NCBI GenBank assembly: GCA_964016885.1
Contig: OZ024741.1
Span: 407,650,001 to 407,714,000 of the forward strand
Reading direction: 5' to 3'
DNA length: 64,000 nucleotides
From: Eledone cirrhosa
Lineage: Eukaryota
Shown here: in pieces, positions 54,701 to 64,000 of the stretch
Layout of the letters: each line of letters opens with the position of its first letter
How positions within the stretch are numbered: the first letter of the stretch is position 1
Notes under the pieces: generated by a model
What the model was told of the DNA's origin: nothing
What the model saw: the letters and a program-made list of their open reading frames with translations, nothing else
Databases searched by the model: none
Translations under genes and position numbers: made by a program

Positions 54701-57700
54701 GTAGTGTTGTTACTGGTATTGGAGGTACTGGTGGTGTTGGTGGTAATGTTGGTATTGGTGGTGTTGGTGGTACTGTTGGTACTGGTGGTGTTGGTGTTAG
54801 TGTTGGTACTGGTGGTGTTGGTGGAAGTGTTGGTACTAGTGGTGTTGGTGGTAGTGTTGCTATTGGTGGTGTTGGTGGTAGTGTTGGTACTGGTGGTGTT
54901 GTTAGTAGTGTTAGTACTGGTACTGGTGGTGTTGGTGGTAGTGTTGGTATTGGTGGTGTTGGTGGTACTGTTGGTACTGGTGGTGTTGGTGGTAGTGTTG
55001 GTACTGGTGGTGTTGGTGGTAGTGTTGGTACTGGTGGTGTTGGTGTTAGTGTTGGCACTGGTGGTGTTGGTGGTAGTGTTGGTACTGGTGGTGTTGGTGG
55101 TAGTGTTGGTACTGGTGGTGTTGGTTGTAGTCTTGGCACTGGTGGTGTTGGTGGTAGAGTTGGTACTGGTGGTGTTGGTGGTAGTGTTGGTACTGGTGGT
55201 GTTGGTGGGGGTGTTGGTAGTAGTGTTGGTACTGGTTGTGTTGGTGTTGGTGGTAGTGTTGGTACTGGTGGTGTTGGTGGTAGTGTTGGTACTGGTGGTG
55301 TTGGTTGAAGTGTTGGCACTGGTGGTGTTGGTGGTAGTGTTGGTACTGGTGGTGTTGGTGGTAGTGTTGGTACTGGTGGTGTTGGTGGTAGTGTTGGTAC
55401 TGGAATTGTTGATGTTGGTGGTAGTGTGGGTACTGGTGGTGTTGGTGGTAGTGTGGTACTGGTGGTGTTGGTGGTAGTGTTGGTACTGGTGGTGTTGGTG
55501 GTAGTGTTGGTACTGGTGGTGTTGGTGGTAGTGTTGGTACAGGTGGTGTTGGTGGTAGTGTTCTTACAGGTGGTGTTGGTGGTAGTGTTGGTACAGGTGG
55601 TGTTGGTGGTAGTGTTGGTATTGGTAGTGTTGGTGGTAGTGTTGGTACTGGTGGTGTTGGTGGTAGTGTTGGTATTGGTAGTGTTGGTGGTAGTGTTGGT
55701 ACTGGTACAGGTGGTGTTGGTGGTAGTGTTGGTATTGGTAGTGTTGGTGGTAGTGTTGGTACTGGTACTGGTGGTGTTGGTGGTAGTGGTGGTGTTGGTG
55801 GTAGTGTTGGTACAGGTGGTGTTGGTGGTAGTGTTGGTATTGGTAGTGTTGGTGGTAGTGTTGGTATTGGTGGTGTTGGTGGTAGTGTTGGTACTGGTGG
55901 TGTTGGTGGTAGTGTTGGTACTGGTAGTGTTGGTGGTAGTATCGGTACTGTTACTGGTGGTAGTGTTGGTATTGGTGGTGTTGGTGGTAGTGTTGGTACT
56001 GGTGGTGTTGGTGGAAGTGTTGGTACTGGTGGTGTTGGTGGTAGTGTTGGTATTGGTGGTGTCGGTGGTAGTGTTGGTATTGGTGGTGTTGGTGGTAGTG
56101 TTGGTACTGGTGGTGTTGGTGGTAGTGTTGGTACTGGTACTGGTGGTGTTGGTGGTAGTGTTGGTACTGGTGGTGTTGGTGGTAGTGTTGGTACTGGTGG
56201 TGTTGGTGGTAGTGTTGGCATTGGTGGTGTTGGTGGTAGTGTTGGTACTGGGGTGTTGGTGGAAGTGTTGGTACTAGTGGTGTTGGTGGTAGTGTTGCTA
56301 TTGGTGGTGTTGGTGGTAGTGTTGGTACTGGTGGTGTTGTTAGTAGTGTTAGTACTGGTACTGGTGGTGTTGGTGGTAGTGTTGGTATTGGTGGTGTTGG
56401 TGGTACTGTTGGTACTGGTGGTGTTGGTGGTAGTGTTGGTACTGGTGGTGTTGGTGGTAGTGCTGGTACTGGTGGTGTTGGTGGTAGTGTTGGTACTGGT
56501 GGTGTTGGTGGTAGTGTTGGTACTGGTGGTGTTGGTTGAAGTGTTGGCACTGGTGGTGTTGGTGGTAGTGTTGGTACTGATAGTGTTGGTGGTAGTGTTC
56601 TACTGGTACTGGTGGTGTTGGTGGTAGTGTTGGTACTGGTGGTGTTGGTGGTAGTGTGGTACTGGTGGTGTTGGTGGTAGTGTTGGTACTGGTGGTGTTG
56701 GTGGTAGTGTTGGTACTGGTGGTGTTGGTGGTAGTGTTGGTACAGGTGGTGTTGGTGGTAGTGTTGTTACAGGTGGTGTTGGTGGTAGTGTTGGTACAGG
56801 TGGTGTTGGTGGTAGTGTTGGTATTGGTAGTGTTGGTGGTAGTGTTGGTACTGGTACTGGTGGTGTTGGTGGTAGTGTTGGTATTGGTAGTGTTGGTGGT
56901 AGTGTTGGTACTGGTGGTGTTGGTGGTAGTGTTGGTACTGGTGGTGGTGGTGGTAGTGTTGGTATTGGTGGTGTTGGTGGTGGTGTTGTTACTGGTACTG
57001 GTGGTGGTGGTGGTAGTGTTGGTATTGGTAGTGTTGGTGGTAGTGTTGGTACTGGTACTGGTGGTGTTGGTGGTACTGTTGGTACTGGTGGTGTTGGTGG
57101 TAGTGTTGGTACTGGTGGTGTTGGTGGTAGTGTTGGCATTGGTGGTGTTGGTGGTGGTGTTGCTACTGGTGGTGTTGGTGGTAATGTTGGTACTGGTGGT
57201 GTTGGTGGTAGTGTTGGTACTGGTGGTGTTGGTGGTAGTGTTGGTACTGGTGGTGTTGGTGATAGTGTTGGTATTGGTGGTGTTGGTGGTACTGTTGGTA
57301 CTGGTGGTGTTGGTGGTAGTGTTGGTACTGGTGGTGTTGGTGGTAATGTTGGTATTGGTGGTGTAGGTGGTAGTGTTGTTACTGGTGGTGTTGGTGGTAG
57401 TGTTGGTGCTGGTGCTGTTGGTGGTAGTGTTGTTACTGTTGGTGTTGGTGGTGGTGTTGTTACTGGTACTGGTGGTGTTGGTGGTAGTGTTGGTACTGGT
57501 ATTGGTGGTGTTGGTGGTGGTGTTGGTACTGGTGGTGTTGGTGGTAGTGTTGGTACTGGTGGTGTTGGTGGTAGTGTTGGTACTGGTGGTGTTGGTGGTA
57601 GTGTTAGTACTGGTACTGGTGCTGTTGGTGATAGTGTTAGTATTGGTGGTGTTGGTAGTACTGTTGGTACTGGTGGTGTTGGTGGTAGTGTTGGTACTGG

Positions 57701-59260
57701 TGGTGTTGATGGAAGTGTTGGTACTGGTGGTGTTGGTGGTAGTGTTGGTATTGGTGGTGTTGGTGGTAGTGTTGGTACTGGTGGTGTTGGTGGTAGTGTT
57801 GGTGCTGGTATTTGTGGTGTTGATGGTAGTGTTGGCATTGGTGGTGTTGGTGGTGGTGTTGGTACTGGTGGTGTTGGTGGTAGTGTTGGTATTGGTGGTG
57901 TAGGTGGTAGTGTTGTTACTGGTGGTGTTGGTGGTAGTGTTGGTACTGGTGGTGTTGGTGGTGGTGTTGTTACTGGTACTGTTGGTGTTGGTGGTAGTGT
58001 TGGTACTGGTATTGGAGGTACTGGTGGTGTTGGTGGTAATGTTGGTACTGGTGGTGTTGGTGTTAGTGTTGGTACTGGTGGTGTTGGTGGTACTGTTGGT
58101 ACTGGTGGTGTTGGTGGTAGTGTTGGTATTGGTGTGGTTTGTGGTAGTGTTGGTACTGGTGGTGTTGGTGGTAGTGTTGGTACTGGTAGTGTTGGTGGTA
58201 GTATCGGTACTGTTACTGGTGGTAGTGTTTGTATTGGTGGTGTTGGTGGTCGTGTTGGTACTGGTGGTGTTGGTGGAAGTGTTGGTACTGGTGGTGTTGG
58301 TGGTAGTGTTGGTATTGGTGGTGTTGGTTGTAGTGTTGGTACTGGTGGTGTTGGTGGTAGTGTTTGTACTGGTGGTGTTGGTGGTAGTGTTGGTATTGGT
58401 GTGGTTTGTGGTAGTGTTGGTACTGGTGGTGTTGGTGGTAGTGTTGGTACTGGTAGTGTTGGTGGTAGTATCGGTACTGTTACTGGTGGTAGTGTTTGTA
58501 TTGGTGGTGTTGGTGGTCGTGTTGGTACTGGTGGTGTTGGTGGAAGTGTTGGTACTGGTGGTGTTGGTGGTAGTGGTGGTATTGGTGGTGTTGGTGGTCG
58601 TGTTGGTACTGGTGGTGTTGGTGGAAGTGTTGGTACTGGTGGTGTTGGTGGTAGTATTGGTATTGGTGGTGTTGGTTGTAGTGTTGGTACTGGTGGTGTT
58701 GGTGGTAGTGGTGGTATTGGTGGTGTTGGTGGTAGTGTTGGTATAGGTGGTGTTGGTGGTAGTGTTGGTACTGGTGGTGTTGGTGGTAGAGTTGGTAATG
58801 TTACTGGTGGTGTTGGAGGTAGTGTTGTTATTGGTGGTGTTGGTGGTAGTGTTAGTACTGGTGGTGTTGGTGGTAATGTTGGTATTGGTGGTGTTGGTGG
58901 TAGTGTTGGTACAGGTGCTGTTGGTGGTAGTGTTGGTATTGGTGGTGTTGGTGGTAGTGTTGGTACTGGTGGTGTTGGTGGTAGTGTTGGTACTGGTACT
59001 GGTGGTGTTGGTGGTAGTTTTGGTACTGGTGGTGTTGGTGGTAGTGTTGGTACTAGTGGTGTTGGTGGTAGTGTTGGTACTGGTGGTGTTGGTGGTAGTG
59101 TTGGTACTGGTGGTGTTGGTGATAGTGTTGGTATTGGTGGTGTTGGTGGTACTGTTGGTACTGGTGGTGTTGGTGGTAGTGTTGGCATTGGTGGTGTTGG
59201 TGGTGGTGTTGGTGGTAATGTTGGTATTGGTGGTGTAGGTGGTAGTGTTGTTACTGGTGG
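50400..59260. repeat. ~5-kb-offset duplication (offsets 5075, 5003, 4922), with further partial copies to ~63000
   Basis: ORF pairs 50876/55951, 51178/56253, 52364/57367, 52901/57904, 53825/58747 and 54317/59239. The shift from 5003 to 4922 equals 81 bp (3 units). Related starts at 59925, 60777 and 62544. Confidence 0.87.
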
Positions 59261-62200
59261 TATGGGTGGTAGTGCTGGTGGTGTTGGTGGTAGTGTTGTT
59301 ACCGGTGGTGTTGGTGGTGGTGTTGTTACTGGTACTGGTGGAGTTGGTGGTAGTGTTGGTACTGGTGGTGTTGGTGGTAGTGTTAGTACTGGTACTGGTG
59401 GTGTTGGTGATAGTGTTGGTACTGGTGGTGTTGGTGGTAGTGTTGGTACTGGTGGTGTTGGTGGAAGTGTTGGTACTGGTGGTGTTGGTGGTACTGTTGG
59501 TATTGGTGGTGTTGGTGGTAGTGTTGGTACTGGTGGTGTTGGTGGTAGTGTTGGTGATGGTGGTGATGGTGGTAGTGTTGGTATTGGTGGTGTTGGTGGT
59601 AGTGTTGGTATTAGTGGTGTTGGTGGTAGTGTTGTTACTGGTGGTGTTGGTGGTGGTGTTGGTACTGGTACTGGTGGTGTTGGTGGTAGTGTTGGTACTG
59701 GTGGTGTTGGTGGTAGTGTTGGAACTGGTACTGGTGGTGGTAGTGTTGGTACTGGTGGTGTTGTTGGTAGTGTTGGTATTGGTGGTGTTGGTGGTAGTGT
59801 TGGTAATGGTGGTGTTTGTGGTAGTGTTGGTACTGGTGGTTTGGTGGTAATATTGGCTCAGGTGGTGTTGGTGGTAGTGTTGATACTGGTGGTGTTGGTG
59901 GTAATGTTGGTATTGGTGGTGTAGGTGGTAGTGTTGTTACTGGTGGTGTTGGTGGTAGTGTTGGTGCTGGTGCTGTTGGTGGTAGTGTTGTTACTGTTGG
60001 TGTTGGTGGTGGTGTTGTTACTGGTACTGGTGGTGTTGGTGGTAGTGTTGGTACTGGTATTGGTGGTGTTGGTGGTAGTGTTGGTACTGCTGGTGTTGGT
60101 GGTAGTGTTGCTACTGGTGGTGTTGGTGGTAGTGTTGGTACTGGTGGTGTTGGTGGTAGTGTTGGTACTGGTGGTGGTGGTGGTAGTGTTGGTACTGGTA
60201 TTGGAGGTACTGGTGGTGTTGGTGGTAATGTTGGTACTGGTGGTGTTGGTGTTAGTGTTGGTACTGGTGGTGTTGGTGGTACTGTTGGTACTGGTGGTGT
60301 TGGTGGTAGTGTTGGTATTGGTGTGGTTTGTGGTAGTGTTGGTACTGGTGGTGTTGGTGGTAGTGTTGGTACTGGTAGTGTTGGTGGTAGTATCGGTACT
60401 GTTACTGGTGGTAGTGTTTGTATTGGTGGTGTTGGTGGTCGTGTTGGTACTGGTGGTGTTGGTGGTAATGTTGGTACTGTTGGTGTTGGTGGTAGTGTTG
60501 GTACTGGTGGTGTTGGTGGTAGTGGTGGTATTGGTGGTGTTGGTGGTCGTGTTGGTAGTGGTGGTGTTGGTGGAAGTGTTGGTACTGGTGGTGTTGTTGG
60601 TAGTATTGGTATTGGTGGTGTTGGTTGTAGTGTTGGTACTGGTGGTGTTGGTGGTAGTGGTGGTATTGGTGGTGTTGGTGGTCGTGTTGGTACTGGTGGT
60701 GTTGGTGGAAGTGTTGGTACTGGTGGTGTTGGTGGTAGTGGTGGTATTGGTGGTGTTGGTGGTAGTGTTGGTATAGGTGGTGTTGGTGGTAGTGTTGGTA
60801 CTGGTGGTGTTGGTGGTAGAGTTGGTAATGTTACTGGTGGTGTTGGAGGTAGTGTTGTTATTGGTGGTGTTGGTGGTAGTGTTAGTACTGGTGGTGTTGG
60901 TGGTAGTGTTGGTACTGGTGGTGTTGGTGTTAGTGTTGGTACTGGTGGTGTTGGTGTTAGTGTTGGTACTGGTACTGGTGGTGTTGGTGGTAATGTTGGT
61001 ATTGGTGGTGTTGGTGGTAGTGTTGGTACAGGTGCTGTTGGTGGTAGTGTTGGTATTGGTGGTGTTGGTGGTAGTGTTGGTACTGGTGGTGTTGGTGGTA
61101 GTGTTGGTACTGGTACTGGTGGTGTTGGTGGTAGTGTTGGTACTGGTGGTGTTGGTGGTAGTGTTGGTACTAGTGGTGTTGGTGGTAGTGTTGGTACTGG
61201 TGGTGTTGGTGGTAGTGTTGGTACTGGTGGTGTTGGTGATAGTGTTTGTATTGGTGGTGTTGGTGGTACTGTTGGTACTGGTGGTGTTGGTGGTAGTGTT
61301 GGCATTGGTGGTGTTGGTGGTGGTGTTGGTGGTAATGTTGGTATTGGTGGTGTAGGTGGTAGTGTTGTTACTGGTGGTATTGGTGGTAGTGTTGTTGCTG
61401 GTGGTGTTGGTGGTAGTGTTGTTACCGGTACTGGTGGAGTTGGTGGTAGTGTTGGTACTGGTGGTGTTGGTGGTAGTGTTAGTACTGGTACTGGTGGTGT
61501 TGGTGATAGTGTTGGTATTGGTGGTGTTGGTGGTACTGTTGTTACCGGTGGTGTTGGTGGTAGTGTTGGTATTGGTGGTGTTGGTGGTAGTGTTGGTATT
61601 GGTGGTGTTGGTGGTTGTGTTGGTACTTGTGGTGTTGGTGGTAGTGTAGGTACTGGTGGTGTTGGTGGTAGTGTTAGTACTGGTACTGGTGGTGTTGGTG
61701 ATAGTGTTGGTATTGGTGGTGTTGGTGGTACTGTTGTTACCGGTGGTGTTGGTGGTAGTGTTGGTATTGGTGGTGTTGGTGGTAGTGTTGGTACTGGTGG
61801 TGTTGGTGGAAGTGTTGGTACTGGTGGTGTTGGTGGTAGTGTTGGTATTGGTGGTGTTGGTGGTAGTGTTGGTACTGGTGGTGTTGGTGGTAGTGTTGGT
61901 GCTGGTATTGGTGGTGTTGATGGTAGTGTTGGTACTGGTGGTGTTGGTGGTGGTGTTGGTACTGGTGGTGTTGGTGGTAGTGTTGGTATTGGTGGTGTAT
62001 GTGGTAGTATTGTTACTGGTGGTGTTGGTGGTAGTGTTGGTGCTGGTGGTGTTGGTAGTAGTGTTGGTACTGGTGGTGTTGGTGGTAGTGTTGGTACTGG
62101 TATTGGAGGTACTGGTGGTGTTGGTGGTAATGTTGATATTGGTGGTGTTGGTGGTACTGTTGGTACTGGTGGTGTTGGTGGTAGTGTTGGTACTCGTGGT

Positions 62201-64000
62201 GTTGGTGGTACTGTTGGTACTGGTGGTGTTGGTGGTAGTGTTGGTATTGGTGTGGTTTGTGGTAGTGTTGGTACTGGTGGAGTTGGTGGTAGTGTTGGTA
62301 CTGGTAGTGTTGGTGCTAGTATCGGTACTGTTACTGGTGGTAGTGTTGGTATTGGTGGTGTTGGTGGTAGTGTTGGTACTGGTGGTGTTGGTGGAAGTGT
62401 TGGTACTGGTGGTGTTGGTAGTAGTGTTGGTATTGGTGGTGTTGGTGGTAGTGTTGGTATTGGTGGTGTTGGTGGTAGTGTTGGTACTGGTGGTGTTGGT
62501 GGTAGTGGTGGTATTGGTGGTGTTGGTGGTAGTGTTGGTATAGGTGGTGTTGGTGGTAGTGTTGGTACTGGTGGTGTTGGTGGTAGAGTTGGTAATGTTA
62601 CTGGTGGTGTTGGTGGTAGTGTTGGTATTGGTGGTGTTGGTGGTAGTGTTGGTACTGGTGGTGTTGGTGGTAGTGTTGGTACTGGTGGTGTTGGTGGTAA
62701 TGTTGGTATTGGTGGTGTTGGTGGTAGTGTTGGTACAGGTGCTGTTGGTGGTAGTGTTGGTATTGGTGGTGTTGGTGGTAGTGTTGGTACTGGAGGTGTT
62801 GGTGGTAGTGTTGGTACTGGTACTGGTGGTGTTGGTGGTAGTGTTGGTACTGGTGGTGTTGGTGGTAGTGTTGGTACTAGTGGTGTTGGTGGTAGTGTTG
62901 GTACTGGTGGTGTTGGTGATAGTTTTGGTACTGGTGGTGTTGGTGGTAGTGTTGGCATTGGTGGTGTTGGTGGTGGTGTTGGTACTGGTGGTGTTGGTGG
63001 TAGTGTTGCTACTGGTGGTGTTGGTGGTAATGTTGGTATTGGTGGTGTAGGTGGTAATGTTGGTATTGGTCGTGTAGGTGGTAGTGTTGTTACTGGTGGT
63101 ATTGGTGGTAGTGTTGGTGCTGGTGGTGTTGGTGGTAGTGTTGTTACCGGTGGTGTTGGTGGTGGTGTTGTTACTGGTACTGGTGGAGTTGGTGGTAGTG
63201 TTGGTACTGGTGGTGTTGGTGATAGTGTTGGTATTGGTGGTGTTGGTGGTACTGTTGGTACTGGTGGTGTTGGTGGTAGTGTTGGTACTGGTGGTGTTGG
63301 TGGAAGTGTTGGTACTGGTGGTGTTGGTGGAAGTGTTGGTACTGGTGGTGTTGGTGATAGTGTTGGTATTGGTGGTGTTGGTGGTACTGTTGGTACTGGT
63401 GGTGTTGGTGGTAGTGTTGGTACTGGTGGTGTTGGTGGAAGTGTTGGTACTGGTGGTGTTGGTGGTAGTGTTGGTACTGGTGGTGTTGGTGATAGTGTTG
63501 GTATTGGTGGTGTTGGTGGTACTGTTGGTACTGGTGGTGTTGGTGGAAGTGTTGGTACTGGTGGTGTTGGTGATAGTGTTGGTATTGGTGGTGTTGGTGG
63601 TACTGTTGGTACTGGTGGTGTTGGTGGAAGTGTTGGTACTGGTGGTGTTGGTGATAGTGTTGGTATTGGTTGTGTTGGTGGTACTGTTGGTACTGGTGGT
63701 GTTGGTGGTAGTGTTGGTACTGGTGGTGTTGGTGGAAGTGTTGGTACTGGTGGTGTTGGTGGTAGTGTTGGTATTGGTGGTGTTGGTGGTAGTGTTGGTA
63801 CTGGTGGTGTTGGTGGTAGTGTTGGTAATGGTGGTGATGGTGGTAGTGTTGGTATTGGTGGTGTTGGTGGTAGTGTTGGTATTAGTGGTGTTGGTGGTAG
63901 TGTTGGTACTGGTGGTGTTGGTGGTGGTGTTGGTACTGGTACTGGTGGTGTTGGTGGTAGTGTTGGTACAGGTGGTGTTGGTGGTAGTGTTGGAACTGGT

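Larger units (their letters stand above)
1..64000. repeat. 27-bp tandem satellite/minisatellite array, consensus GGTGGTGTTGGTGGTAGTGTTGGTACT, spanning the entire window and extending beyond both ends
   Basis: The unit is directly readable throughout (near-perfect runs at 10020-10980, 28180-28600, 36600-37000). It is head-to-tail in one orientation with no intervening unique DNA. Common variants are ACT>ATT, GGT>GTT/GAT/GGA, AGT>ACT/AAT and an extra GGTACT. Confidence 0.99.

Noticed and set aside
3-63050. Dozens of Val/Leu-rich + strand ORFs resembling membrane proteins
   Set aside because: They are the VVLVVVLVL frame of the repeat, opened by alternative start codons and closed by GTAGG/ATAGG variants. 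They have no loops, domains or unique sequence.
1-64000. CRISPR array (27-bp repeat length is in the CRISPR range)
   Set aside because: Units are contiguous with no unique spacers, leader or cas genes.
1-64000. Telomerase-synthesised telomeric tract
   Set aside because: It is G/T-rich, but the point variants are inherited through kb-scale duplications, which indicates recombination or slippage rather than templated addition. No chromosome end is visible.
1-64000. Purely artefactual or synthetic low-complexity sequence
   Set aside because: Rare variants and indels are inherited consistently through nested duplications, as expected of an evolved array. Local assembly errors or false duplications remain possible.
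1-64000. Diversity-generating or antigenic-variation cassette system
   Set aside because: No reverse transcriptase, recombinase, expression site or adenine-specific template/variable repeat pair is visible, and ordinary tandem duplication explains the variation.

Overview
The whole 64 kb window is one uninterrupted, single-orientation tandem array (roughly 2,300-2,400 units, open at both window edges) of a 27-bp unit with consensus GGTGGTGTTGGTGGTAGTGTTGGTACT. I found no unique sequence, recognisable gene, RNA gene, mobile element or CRISPR array. The long ORFs in the track follow from the repeat itself, because 5 of the 6 frames of the consensus lack stop codons (GGVGGSVGT and VVLVVVLVL on +; [18 protein letters not shown] and QHYHQHHQY on -). 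The informative structure is internal: a 3/12/15/27/33-bp modular grammar, nested duplications with offsets from 81 bp to about 13 kb traceable by rare variants, regional variant domains, and frameshifting indels copied along with the duplications. The best reading is a non-coding, probably eukaryotic satellite or hyper-expanded minisatellite. A giant mucin-like (PTS) coding repeat on the - strand is an unproven alternative that the inherited frameshifts argue against. I cannot support a novel multi-gene system here. Offsets were obtained by eye from marker motifs and the ORF track, so block boundaries are approximate.
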